Shown here piece by piece: positions 15,246 through 28,019 of a stretch of DNA of 64,000 nucleotides. The stretch comes from Eledone cirrhosa (lineage: Eukaryota). Under the pieces are notes generated by a model. The model ran no database searches, had not been told where the DNA came from, and saw only the letters and a list, made by a program, of their open reading frames with translations. Position numbers and translations under genes: made by a program. Position 1 is the stretch's first letter, and each line of letters starts with the position of its first letter. Location: NCBI GenBank assembly GCA_964016885.1, contig OZ024760.1, positions 9,982,001 through 10,046,000 on the forward strand, written 5' to 3'.

Positions 15246-16057
15246 CCATATCAACCACAGCAACCACAACCACAACCACAACAACAACAACACTACCATC
15301 GTCATATCCTCTTCTTCTTCTTCTTCTTCATCGTCGTCGTCGTCGTCGTCGTCGTCGTTGTTATCGTCGTTATCATCATTGTCGTCATCTTCGTTGTTCA
15401 TATCGTCGTCGTCGTCGTCGTTATCAGCAGCGCCTTCGTTATTATCATCATCATCATCAGCATCGTCATCATCGTCATCGTCGTCGTCGTCATCGTCAAC
15501 ATCAACACTAACATCATCAACATCGTTATCATCATCATCATCATCTTCATCTTCATCTTCATCATCATCATCGTCATCGCAAACCATATTAACATCATCA
15601 TCAACATCATCATCATCATCATCATCAACATCATCGTTACTATCATCATTATCATCGCAAACATCATCGCTAAGCAACACAACAACAACAAACGAAACGG
15701 CGGTTACAGCAAAGCGAAACACAGTGAAAACACTGGCCTCGTTAAATGCCCCACGGTTGAGCAATAACGCCGCTCCAGCGGCCTCAATGGAACTAGCAGA
15801 TAGCAGAGAAGTGGCTGGCACGGACCCTAACAAAGGACGAGTGGACCCTGCCTTGTTGAAAGCCGTTAAGAACGACCTTCTTAGGAATTTGGGACTACAA
15901 AAAGTGCCCGACGTCTCCCGGATTAACCAAACAGTGGAGGAAAAACGAACCAAGATACGTATGTTTCGCCAACACCTTATCGCCAGACACACCTTACACG
16001 AACATTATGACACGGCTGATTACACAAACGACATGTCTCACTCGTTCCACTGCTCAG
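15058..16057 (+). CDS. First coding exon of a secreted TGF-beta superfamily ligand (prodomain N-terminus; maverick/activin/myostatin-like)
   Basis: ATG at 15058, signal-peptide-like MKSCYPTISVVLISSVAALLLSRPCSC, T/D/N/S low-complexity tract, then LLKAVKNDLLRNLGLQKVPDVSRINQTVEE, resembling the prodomain alpha1/latency-lasso/alpha2 motif; strong donor CAG|GTAAGT at 16057/16058 (phase 1). Confidence 0.75.
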
Positions 16058-16845
16058 GTAAGTTCTCACCTTCTTTCATTCTGGTAAACAATGATCACCT
16101 AGTTCGTATCCCGCATGGGACGAGCGGACATATTTTTTGTTGATGTTTATTTTTTTAATTCTTTAGAAGAAGAAGAAAAAAAAAGGAAGGGGAATTTCTA
16201 CAAAATATAATACCAGTGATGTACTGGTGTAGCTTTAATTGACTCTACTCTGACTCTTCTTTTAAATTCCTGACCTTCTACAACCATTAGAAATCTTCAT
16301 CATCATCACCGTTGTCATTATTGTTGATTCTGTGAATAATGGTGGTGGTGGTGGTGGTGGTGATGGCGATGTTGTTAGAGCGTCAGACAAAATTCTTACC
16401 ATTAAACGTATTCCAGTTATGGCCATCCCGTCTTATTTTCAGAAACTCAGTTCAAGATTACATTATTTATGTAGTGCTATTGTTGTTGTTGTTGTCGTTG
16501 TTGTTATTTAGCCCCAGGTCAGCTCTGATAGAGCAGGTTTTATGATCCAAAGTGATCCAACCAGGACCACACAATCTTTTATCTATCTATCTATCTCTCT
16601 ATCTATCTATTTATTCAATTTCCTGACGTATAATATATCAAACAAAATATATACTATATATTATATAATACCATGAAACATCTATAACACTATACCATTC
16701 ATACACTGGGGGGCTAAATTCTAACAACAACAACAATGACAACAACAATTCTACTTTTCATGTGAGTTTATAAGAAAATCATTTTTACTGTTGTTACTAA
16801 CAGGAAACTTTGTGGAATGGCGATATTTTGATTTAGTGTAACGGT

Positions 16846-17660
16846 GGGGGTGGGGGTAGTGTTGATTGTTAAATACCTTGGCTGAGGGTGGGGCGGGGGT
16901 AGTGTTGATTGTTAAATACCTTAGCTGAGGGTGGGGGTAGTGTTGATTGTTAAATACCTTGGCTGAGGGTCGGGGGGGGGTAGTGTTGATTGTTAAATAC
17001 CTTGGCTGAGGGTTGGGGGTAGTGTTGATTGTTAAATACCTTGGCTGAGGGTTGGGGGTAGTGTTGATTGTTAAATACCTTAGCTGAGGGGGCAGTGTTG
17101 ATTGTTAAATACCTTGGCTGAGGGTGGGGGGTAGTGTTGATTGTTAAATACCTTAGCTGAGGGTGGGGGGTAGTGTTGATTGTTAAATACCTTAGCTGAG
17201 GGTGGGGGGTAGTGTTGATTGTTAAATACCTTAGCTGGGGGGGTAGTGTTGATTGTTAAATACCTTAGCTGAGGGGGGGGCAGTGTTGATTGTTAAATAC
17301 CTTAGCTAAGGGTGGGGGGTAGTGTTGATTGTTAAATATCTTAGCTGAGGGTGGGGGTAGTGTTGATTGTTAAATACCTTAACTGATGGGGAAGTTGTTG
17401 ATTGTTACATACCTTAGTTGAGGGTGACGGGTGTAGGTAGTTGTTGGTTGTTAAATACCTTAGCTTAAAAGCGGGAGGGGCGGGGTTGATTGTTAAATAC
17501 CTTAACTGATGGGAAGTTGTTGATTGTTAAATACCTTAACTAAGTTGTTGATTGTTAAACTGAGGGGAGTGAGGAAGGTAAAGGGGTGTTGATTTCAACA
17601 GTTGATTGTTAAATGCGTTGACAATCAACTGTTGATTGTTAAAATACCTTAACTAACAGA
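16846..17660. repeat. ~38-45 bp G-rich minisatellite, about 18-20 copies
   Basis: GTAGTGTTGATTGTTAAATACCTTAGCTGAGGGTGGGGG units with variable G-runs. Confidence 0.95.
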
Positions 17661-18029
17661 TTCAAGATTTACTGAGTAATAAACCCCTTTACCACTGGAA
17701 TGTTCACCCATCACATCCCCGCTTCTGCCATACAAACGTATTTACTTTTAAATGTTTATATTTATCTAAAAATAAACTTCCATCATAATTCTATGTACGA
17801 ACCTTTGTTAAGTTATGTTCCAACCATCAACTAAATGATGAAGAAGTTTATATAATTAAATCTCTTCAAATGCTTTATTATTTTCAAAATTATTTGCAAA
17901 TCATGGGTAGAAATGGCTAAAGACCATCACCCCCTCCCCCTTTCGTTACCTAATAAGCATTTCCCTTCTTTTCCTCTCATTTATAGCATTTATTGTTCTT
18001 TCCAATATTACTTTCTTTTTCTATATCTT

Positions 18030-18930
18030 CTTTTTCTTCGCCCACTTATTCCTGAGAGGATCATGGGGGCAGAGTCCTCAAACGGTCCTTCCGGTGGGTC
18101 CTGTCAGAAGCAACCGTCTCGAACAGATCTGGCTGGATCCCCAAGCGAGACCAGCCAAGCACATGGATGTTATCCAACCATCTTGCTCAGGGTCTACCCC
18201 TGGGTCTCTTGCCAGTAAAAGATTTTTGACCATAAAATCTGTCCAGTATGTCTTTCCTGAGACATTCTAACCCCATGTCCATAGTATCGGAGCTGTGATC
18301 TCTCAATTCGGAGAAGTAGCAGCTCTACCTGGAGTGACTCTCTCATCTCCTGAGACATTCTAACGACATGTCCATAGTATCGGAGCTGTGATCTCTCAAT
18401 TCAGAGAAGTAACAGCTCTACCTGGAGTGACTCTTTCCTGAGACTTTCTAACCACATGCCCATAGTATCGGAGCTGTGATCTCTCAATTCGGAGAAGTAG
18501 CAGCTCTACCTGGAGTGACTCTCTGATCTCCTGAGACATTCTAACGACATGTCCATAGTATCGGAGCTGTGATCTCTCAATTCAGAGAAGTAACAGCTCT
18601 ACCTGGAGTGACTCTTTCCTGAGACTTTCTAACCACATGCCCATAGTATCGGAGCTGTGATCTCTCAATTCGGAGAAGTAGCAGCTCTACCTGGAGTGAC
18701 TCTCTGATCTCCTGAGACATTCTAACGACATGTCCATAGTATCGGAGCTGTGATCTCTCAATTCAGAGAAGTAGCAGCTCTACCTGGTGTGACTCTCTGA
18801 TCTCCGAGCTACACATTCTTTCCTGAGACATTCTAACCACATGTCCATAGTATCGGAGCTGTGATCTCTCAATTCGGAGAAGTAGGGGCTCTACCTGGTG
18901 TGACGCTCTGATCTGCGAGCTACACACTCT
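18030..18930 (-). mobile_element. RTE-clade LINE 3' fragment with internal tandem amplification
   Basis: Minus-strand peptides QVEPLLLRIERSQLRYYGHVVRMSQER and GKRPRGRP..RWLDNI; 7 tandem units at 18257-18930 with ~181-bp dimeric period. Confidence 0.8.
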
Positions 18931-19689
18931 ATTGGGTAACGTTACTTCAAAGTAAAGGCCCTTTGGAGGAATCCCATTTCGGCCGCTTATATTCGCGATC
19001 GTATTCTTTGGGTCATTACCCAAGATTTTCTATTTGTTTGAATAATTATTAAATTCTTTATTTTTATGTAATTTTATCCTAGAAATATATTTAAGTATTT
19101 CGAAATAAAATATTGCCATACAAAAACAAAAGCTGGTAATAAAAGGTTTCTTCCAGCCGTGTGACATTTTAGGCACGTTTCTCTACCACAGCTTCAGGTC
19201 GGACCCACAGTTGATAGTGAAATTGGGGAAGCTTATCAGATGGGGGTGACCTGTAATTCTAAGGCCCAGCTTTGTGAGATATTGCGTCACGTTGATTCTT
19301 GTTAGGAATTACACTAAGAGGGCGCGTGTCAGTGGAATACTCAGTGACACGTTCATGTAGTGAGCATAGAGCTCAGTTGTTCAAATAACTGAATGTTCAT
19401 CGTTGAAAACGACGGAGGATTTAACGTTATGATCCCCGACTGTGTTTGTGGTTGTGACAGAAGGAGGCGGACCATTGCCCTCGTGTGGCTTGGCCGGCCC
19501 TGCCCTCCGATGTTCTCCAATAGGAAGGCCCGAGTAAAGCTGATAATAGGCCCGGCCCAGACGTGTCACTTATGCTCCCAGAGCAAGTAATAAAGGCAGG
19601 CCCACCTCCCTTGTCTGATGATCGTGTGAGTGAGCAGGGGAAATTCCAGAGTAACAAGACTCACAACTTAATGAATATATATATATAAC

Positions 19690-20000
19690 ATAATTGAATA
19701 TAAAAGAAAGATAAACACAGACATAAACATATGTGTTCAAATCGTAAGGGACCAGGTTCGCTAAGGTGAAATAAATACTAACTATGGACAATAGGGTTTG
19801 CCAGACTCAATTTCAGAATAAATCAAGAAAATAAATACAAACCGGAATTGTATTTATTTTCCTGGTTTATTCTTAAATTGAGTCTGGCAAACCCTATTGT
19901 CCATAGTTAGTATTTATTTCACCTTAGCGAACCTGGTCCCTTACGATTTTAACACACATATGTTTATGTCTGTGTTTATCTCTCTTTTATATTCAATTAT
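19690..20000. repeat. Long foldback inverted repeat (~150-bp arms, short loop)
   Basis: ATCGTAAGGGACCAGGTTCGCTAAGGTGAAATAAATAC... is mirrored by ...GTATTTATTTCACCTTAGCGAACCTGGTCCCTTACGAT. Confidence 0.9.
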
Positions 20001-20084
20001 ATAAATACCGTTCGGAAAAATCTCTTTCCTAGAGCTATGTTATTGTAAGAGACTATCTTGAGTTTCTAACTCAATATATACCTT

Positions 20085-20215
<131 letters not shown>

Positions 20216-20329
20216 AATATATATATATATATATATAAAAATACGTATTTAAGAAAGCCACAACTTGTGGCTTTCTTAAATACGTATTTTTACACATTTC
20301 ACAATGCTTCAAGCAAACTTTAACACCCT

Positions 20330-20406
<77 letters not shown>

Positions 20407-20650
20407 TATAATATAAGATCAAAAGATGGTTAAAAGAGTTCCAAGTATTTTATTATGCGCATTTCAAAAACAAATATCATCATGGGATGATATCTGCGTT
20501 TTCATCAGATAAAATAGGGATACATGATATGAAGCTTAAAAAACAGTTGTGAATAGTCTTATATTATTTATACTCCAGTCCTACAAACTGTAGAGTGCTA
20601 CTTATCCGATATTTGCATTGCTTTATTGTGCTACAATAAAACTCACCTCC

Positions 20651-20684
<34 letters not shown>

Positions 20685-21393
20685 CGTAAGGACTTGACAC
20701 CACCAATACATCCGCCACACCACCACTACCATAGACAACAACACCACTACCACACCCCCACACACACGCCAACCCGTCTACTGACAATCCACTAACCTCA
20801 TACCACAGCCCATCCCAGTAAGCGACCATCACCACCATCATATCATCACATCCACCCCCACATACTCTACAGGCCAAGGCCAACCCACCACCACCACACC
20901 ACTGCCCATCTCATCCACCGACCGTCACCAACATCTCACCATCACACCCACCCCCATATACACTACAGGCCAATACATCCCCTTGATCCTTCCCACCAAT
21001 CAAAACAACTCATTTTGTCAAACTCTTGAATCTCTGGCTTTACCACATAGCATATATTTCACTTTCTTATAGCATTTTAAGAGGGCCCGTCGAGCTGCCG
21101 ATTATTGAGTCGGGTAGGATCGATATAGATCGAACCATGAGCTGATCAGTGGCGAAACGCGCGTCACCTATCAATAAATGCAATGAAGGAATAATCAATC
21201 GTCCTTGTTATCCTTTCAATATATATATATATACTGTAGTATAAGTTTGGTGGAAATATCCAAGGATAAAAGCACTCAGTCCATAGGACGAGTTAAGTAT
21301 AATTAGCTACATGTACAGGTACTTAAGTTTTGTTGGGTTGTGCACCTTAACTCGTACCTGTACATGTCACTCTTGTAACTAATTGTATATATA

Positions 21394-21447
<54 letters not shown>

Positions 21448-21549
21448 CATGTAGTGTACATTTATGTATGGATTACATTGGGTCGATAAAATAAAGTACC
21501 AGTAACGCACTGGGTAATTAATTGCTGGCCTTGTGCCAAAAGTAGAAAC

Positions 21550-21635
<86 letters not shown>

Positions 21636-21805
21636 ATGTGTTATGTGTTGTAGACTTATGTATATTTTACTCGTATGTATACGTATGTATTACAGACGTG
21701 TGTATATACATGTAGTGTGGTGTACATTTATGTATGTATGTATGTATGTATGTATGTATGTATGTATGTATGTATGTGTGTATGTATATATTTATGTATG
21801 TATGT

Positions 21806-22411
21806 CAGGTCACCAGTTGGTGCTACTGGTAACATGTATGCCAGTACAACCTGTCTCATGGTCGGGTCGTTGGCGACTAAACTGGCAACCCCACCAAGGT
21901 TTCTCGGTGAGGAGGGGGACTTTGAACATCCTGCAGGACTAAAAACAAAACCTGTCAAAGGGCAAAGGAGCTCTTAAGAGTCAATGGCCATCCAAAATCA
22001 CCGTGAGAGATGACCCCTTAGCCTTTGTCAAGGCAGAATTCTAGGAGAAGGAAAACTCTGATATAACACCTGCAACCCTGATGGTATCCAATGATGTTGA
22101 CTTGTTCTTCTTTTTGGTAAATATCATCTTGGTTAAGAGAGTGCGACTGGCTTTGTGCAGTGCCTTTGCTCACTATAAAAGCTTCACAGCACAGGCATTG
22201 CTTTATATCTGGAGATCTCTCTGCACTTGTCGTCACATGGTACCATGGGCCCAGCACTATGTGTCAATAATTGTCACAGGTGTAGTGTTTGTACCAGAGT
22301 TTACAAGTCGCTGGCTGGACTAAAAAGCCACACTCGTTCAGCGCATCGGTAGGGGTTCTCCTACATGGATATAAAGTAGTGGCCGTACTCGAAAACGAGT
22401 TGGCAGCCACC
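21806..22411 (+). mobile_element. Non-autonomous RTE-like retroelement flanked by (TATG)n
   Basis: RTE-like 5'UTR motif CTAGGAGAAGGAAAACTCTG; no credible ORF; close inverted copy at 41828-42380, diverged copies at 57750-58225 and 58534-59070. Confidence 0.7.
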
Positions 22412-22440
22412 ATGTATGTATGTATGTATATATGTATGTA

Positions 22441-22975
22441 TAGTCCCGTAAATCCTGATAGAGTCGCAGGGGCGCCGTATTGACATACGGCGTTTCTTGG
22501 GCCATTGAAGACTGGCGGAGCACAACCCTCTCCAGGCCTGGGTACAGCAGATTTCTTCCGGAGAAAGATAGAAAGTGAGAGAGAGGGAATGAGAAAGGGG
22601 CACAGAGGAGGAATCGAACCTTGTACTAGACTTAGTACTTGACTGGTTCTAGACCTCGGAGGGATTCGAACTCCGAGGGCAGAGAGCCGGAACGAATACT
22701 AGACTTAGTACTTGACTGGTCCTAGACCTCGGGTGGGATTCGAACTCCGAGAGCAGTGAGCCGGAACGAATACTAGACTTAGTACTTGACTGGTTCTAGA
22801 CCTCGGGTGGGATTTGAACTCCGAGAAGCAGCGAGCCGGAACGAATACTAGACTTAGTACTCGACTGGTTCTAGACCTCGGGTGGGATTCGAACTCCGAG
22901 AAGCAGCGAGCCGGAACGAATACAATAAAACAGTCTATCCGCCGTTCCAAAGACTCTGCCAATGTTCTGCCTTGG
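22441..22975 (-). mobile_element. SINE with tRNA-like head internally amplified as ~72-74 bp tandem repeats
   Basis: About 4 copies of TACTAGACTTAGTACTTGACTGGTTCTAGACCTCGGGTGGGATTCGAACTCCGAG..GAGCCGGAACGAA; related copy at 23265-23605. Confidence 0.7.
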
Positions 22976-23606
22976 TGTAGTGTAGATTACAAGTATATAC
23001 ACACAAGGACGCGTTATCTATATCTATGATGTAATTACAAAACAGAATAAAAGAATTAGAAACTGATAGCACCAGCCCACCTTACCTCTCTGCTCTAGCC
23101 TGGCTATACAGGCACGCCATTTCATTCAGAAATTGTCAGTCCATTCCGGGATAAAAGCTTGCTGTGCTCTGCTGATTAGTTCAGATCGTCAGCACCAGGG
23201 CGGAATCTGAACTGAGAATGTAAAGAGCGGGAACAGATAAAAGAACGTACCTCTCCTCTTATTCTGTAACTCCCGAGGGACTTGTAGGGTCACCATATTG
23301 ACATACGGCGTTTCTAGGGGGGGGGGCACTTTTTTTTAAATATGGCGGAGCCCATCTGCTCTCCAGCCTGAATACAGCAGATTTCTTCCAGAGAAGGATA
23401 AAGAGTGAAAGAGAATGAAAGTGAGAAAGAGATGTAGAGGAAGAATCGACCCCCCCGTACTAGACTGGTACTTTTTTATCGACCTGGAATGGATGAAAGG
23501 CAAAGTTGACCTCGGCGGAATTTGAACTAAGAGAACAGAGAACCGGATCGAATACCATAAAGTATTCTGTCCGACGTTCTAACAACTCTGCCAATATTCC
23601 GCCTAT

Positions 23607-24065
23607 AATGGGAAGTACACCTATGACGTAATGGTTAAGTTGTTGGACTTACGATCATAATATCATCGGTTCGATTCCTGGACAGGGCGCTGCGTTGTGC
23701 TCTTGAACAAAACACTTTATTTCACGTTGCTTCAGTACACTTCGCTGAGAGTATCAGAACTAGCTGGGGAGTTGATCTTACGATTGACCGGCGTCCTGTC
23801 CAGAGAGGGTCTTAACACTGAGGAAGTCGGGGATAAACACTGGCCTGGTGAGCCTCCGGTCTGGAGACACACTTTAACACTGTGATGGTCTAGTGTCTTG
23901 TCCAGAGAGGGTCTTAACACTGAGGAAGTCGGGGATAAACACTGGCTTGGTGAGCCTCCGGTCTGGAGACACACTTTAACACTGTGATGGTCTAGTGTCT
24001 TGTCCAGAGAGGGTCTTGTATTCTCAATCACTTAACGCCAAGGAAACCTGGTATAAGCACTGACC
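23607..24065 (+). mobile_element. CORE-like SINE with ~100-bp internal tandem duplication
   Basis: GGTTCGATTCC B-box, CTTGAACAAAACACTTTATTTCACG; repeated TGTCCAGAGAGGGTCTTAACACTGAGG unit. Confidence 0.65.
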
Positions 24066-24324
24066 CGAGTCGGTTTAGACTTTAACTATACCTAGAACCC
24101 TAAACACTAATACTTCTGCCAACAGCTCTAGACTGGTACTTTATTTATCGACCCTGACAGGTGAGAAGACCTCGGTGGAAATTGAACTCAATCCCTGCGT
24201 AAACAAACGGAACGAATGCCACTCACACGTTTATTTAAATGTGTGTAAAGATTGATATCCTGGATTTCACGGACGTTACCGGACTTTACCGGACTTTGCC
24301 GGAGAGATGTACAACTAAGTGTAT

Positions 24325-24857
24325 TGATGTTGTTGTTGGTGTTGGTGTTGATGGTGTTGTTGTTGTTGTTGTTGTTAGTGGTGGCAGTGGTGGTGTTAGT
24401 GGTGGTGGTGGTAGTGGTGGTGTTGTTAGTGGTGGTAGTGGTGGTGTTGGTGTTGTTGGTGGTGGTGGTGTTGGTGGTGGTAGTGGTGGTGTTGGTGGTG
24501 TTGGTGATGGTAGTGGTGGTGTTGGTGGTGTTGGTGGTGGTAGTGGTGGTGTTGGTGTTGGTAGTGGTGGTGTTGGTGGTGTTGGTGATGGTAGTGGTGG
24601 TAGTGGTGGTGTTGGTAGTGGTGGTGTTGGTGTTGGTAGTGGTGGTGTTGGTGGTGTTGGTAGTGGTGTTGGTGGTGTTGGTGTTGGTGGTGGTATTAGT
24701 GGTGTTGGTGTTGGTGGTGTTGGTGGTGGTAGTGGTGGTGTTGATGATGGCAACAACTGCAACAATGACAACGGCGATGTTTGTAGACTAACGCTACTAC
24801 TACTAATACCACTACTACTACTACTAATACCACTACTACTAATACCACTACTACTAA

Positions 24858-24905
<48 letters not shown>

Positions 24906-25020
24906 CACTACCACTGCCACCACCACCACCACCACCACCACCACCACCACCACTACTACTACTACCACATGATACATATCGTTTGTTGTCATTAGTGTTG
25001 TTGTTGTTGTTATTACTGTT
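24325..25020. repeat. (GGT/GTT)n then (CTA/CCA)n trinucleotide field
   Basis: Directly visible. Confidence 0.9.
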
Positions 25021-25482
25021 ATTGTATTCTGAGTTCAAATCCCGCCGAGGTTAACTTTGCCTTTCATCCTTACGGGGGGTCGATAAAATAAAGTACCAGT
25101 AATACACTGGGGTAATTACTGGCCTTGTGTCAATAGTAGCAACAATTATTACTGTTATTGTTGTTGTTATTGTTATTACTATTGCTGTTGTTGTTATTGT
25201 TGTTGTTGTTGTTGTTGTCTCTATGCAGCTGTGATTCAACAAATATATGATGAAAGGTGTTCCAGTCGTGACCACCCACAAAGATTATGTTTCTTCTCAA
25301 CCTACCCTACACCCCCACCCCCACCCCCTCTTTCCAGGGCTACACGTGACCACTGGAATAAGGGGTATGACGGTAGGGCTGACTGGGGCCCTATTCCTGG
25401 GGCGCACATTAAATTATGGGACCCAAACTACATGACGAGAGACAGGCTGATATAAATAATATCTAGCGGTGTTGGTCTACAT

Positions 25483-26129
25483 CAGAGGCTCTCAAAGTGG
25501 CTGCTCCCGCCCCAGGGGGAGGGAGTTGAGAAGGTCCAGAGGGGCACTGGGTCCTAAGGGGCCAGTAGAGATGATATAATAGTATATTAAATATCAAATG
25601 ATATATATTATATATAAATATAGTAAAATAAAAAATATATAATATTTATTTATACATAGTATATTATTTATTATATATAAATTAATTGTTTCTACTTTTG
25701 GCACAAGGCCAGCAATTACCCAGTACATTACTGGTACTTTATTTTATCGACCCTGTAAAGATGAAAGGCAAAGTTAACCTCGGCGGGATTTGAACTCAGA
25801 TCATAAAGGGCCGTAACTGTGCTGCAAAGCATGGTGTCTGACCCTCTACCGATACTGCCATTCAAATTAATGATTTTATTTATTATATAATTGTTTCTAC
25901 TTTAGGCACAAGGCCAGCAATTACCCAGTGCATTACTGGTACTTTATTTTATCGACCCTGTAAGGATGAAAGGCAAAGTTAACCTCGGCGGGATTTGAAC
26001 TCGGAATATAATATAATATTTACAATTTGTGTGTAGGCAGGTCTCTCTGGAAATAGTGGTGGGGGTGCACTGAGGGTAATACGTGGCCGTGAGGGTAGGG
26101 CGGTGGCCCAAAATGTTTGAGAACCTCTG
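25483..26129. mobile_element. hAT-like MITE with two nested family-A SINEs
   Basis: TIRs CAGAGGCTCTCAAA / TTTGAGAACCTCTG, TCTA-type flanks; SINEs at ~25684-25862 and ~25889-26005 (-); SINE-free sister copy at 59540-59896. Confidence 0.7.
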
Positions 26130-26440
26130 TTCTAGTATCTGAGAAAACTCAGCCTTGTCCTGGAACTACTCATCATATATAACATATACACACATATACA
26201 CATACACTCACACACATCTTAGTGCATGTATGTTGGTCCGCCACATCTTAATCCTAGACCACAATCACCCTGCCCCTCCCCATTCTTCTGTGACACAAGA
26301 CCTCTTACCTTTCCCTTCCTTTCCCGTTTTTTTATATTTTCTTATTTTACATTCCATTCTTTCTTCTCAATTTAATTTTTTTCTTTTTCTATTAAATTTT
26401 ATTTACACGATATATCTTTACATAGAATAAAGCTTAACAC

Positions 26441-27331
26441 TATTGTTTAGTTAGACCAGCTCTAACTTGGTGTTGGTCTAATTATTGTTTAGTTAGACCG
26501 GCTCTAACTTGGTGTTGGTCTAATTATTGTTTAGTTACAGACCAGCTCTAACTTGGTGTTGGTCTAATTATTGTTTAGTTAGACCATCTCTAACTTGGTG
26601 TTTGTCTAATTATTGTTTAGTTACAGACCAGCTCTAACTTGGTGTTGGTCTAATTATTGTTTAGTTACAGACCAGCTCTAACTTGGTGTTGGTCTAATTA
26701 TTGTTTAGTTAGACCAGCTCTAACTTGGTGTTTGTCTAATTATTGTTTAGTTACAGACCAGCTCTAACTTGGTGTTGGTCTAATTATTGTTTAGTTACAG
26801 ACCAGCTCTAACTTGGTGTTGGTCTAATTATTGTTTAGTTACAGACCAGCTCTAACTTGGTGTTGGTCTAATTATTGTTTAGTTACAGACCAGCTCTAAC
26901 TTGGTGTTGGTCTAATTATTGTTTAGTTAGACCACCTCTAACTTGGTGTTTGTCTAATTATTGTTTAGTTACAGACCAGCTCTAACTTGGTGTTGGTCTA
27001 ATTATTGTTTAGTTACAGACCAGCTCTAACTTGGTGTTGGTCTAATTATTGTTTAGTTAGACCAGCTCTAACTTGGTGTTTGTCTAATTATTGTTTAGTT
27101 AGACCAGCTCTAACTTGGTGTTTGTCTAATTATTGTTTAGTTACAGACCAGCTCTAACTTGGTGTTGGTCTAATTATTGTTTAGTTAGAGACCAGCTCTA
27201 ACTTGGTGTTGGTCTAATTATTGTTTAGTTAGACCAGCTCTAACTTGGTGTTTGTCTAATTATTGTTTAGTTACAGACCAACTCTAACTTTGTGTTGGTC
27301 TAATTGTTGTTTAGTTAGACCAGCTCTAACT
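26441..27331. repeat. 42/44-bp palindromic minisatellite, ~20 copies
   Basis: TATTGTTTAGTT(AC)AGACCAGCTCTAACTTGGTGTTGGTCTAAT. Confidence 0.95.
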
Positions 27332-27569
27332 ATTTATCAGGCTAGAACTTCAGCTAAAACAACAAACGTCTATAGTCATTACCCATAAATCCACTGACCA
27401 TATTAATTTCTATGATTACATTGAATTGGCAGTATCGGTAGAGGGTTGGACGCCTTGCTTTCTAGCATAGTTACGTCCTTTTGCGGTCTGAGTTCAAATC
27501 GCGTCGAGGTTAACTTTGCCTTTCATCCTTACGGGGTCGATAAAATAAAGTAGAAACAATTATTACATG

Positions 27570-27990
27570 TTGTTCGTCCTTCAAAATCAGGGATGACCAC
27601 GGTTTCAATGTTGGATGGAGGATCTTTTATTGTGAGTCCAGGGGTAGCTGATTAGGCGGATCTGTGCCCGGAAACCTCGCCCACACATAGGGCACATGAG
27701 GAACACATATGACAAGGCATTGCAGTGGCAGTGGATATGGCTCATCCCTTGAACGTGGAGCTTTTTTTTCTGCTGTGTCTTTTTTCTGTTGCACATGCTC
27801 CCTCAAAGATGTCTACCAGCATACTATCAACATTCCACTCTCAGTCACTACAGTTCCCTTTTTACCTGCTCCCTACCCGCTAACAAACACACCCTACCAA
27901 AAACCTATATGATATATCGAGACAGTACCACAGAACTTTCCGAAGAAGCTTAGCCAACCACCAATGATCTTTGCTGAAACATCATAGCTA
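27570..27990 (-). mobile_element. Degraded RTE (BovB-like) LINE 3' end
   Basis: C-terminal zinc-finger-like CPMCGRGFRAQIRLISYPWTH followed by a short 3'UTR. Confidence 0.55.
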
Positions 27991-28019
27991 TGCTGTACGA
28001 AACGGAATAATTTAAATTA

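Noticed and set aside
15153-15992. Minus-strand 279-aa poly-Asp ORF
   Set aside because: Antisense shadow of the Ser-rich TGF-beta exon
24239-25054. Gly-rich and Pro-rich ORFs (also 37656-38567 and 42506-43411)
   Set aside because: Pure trinucleotide-repeat translations without splice or domain evidence
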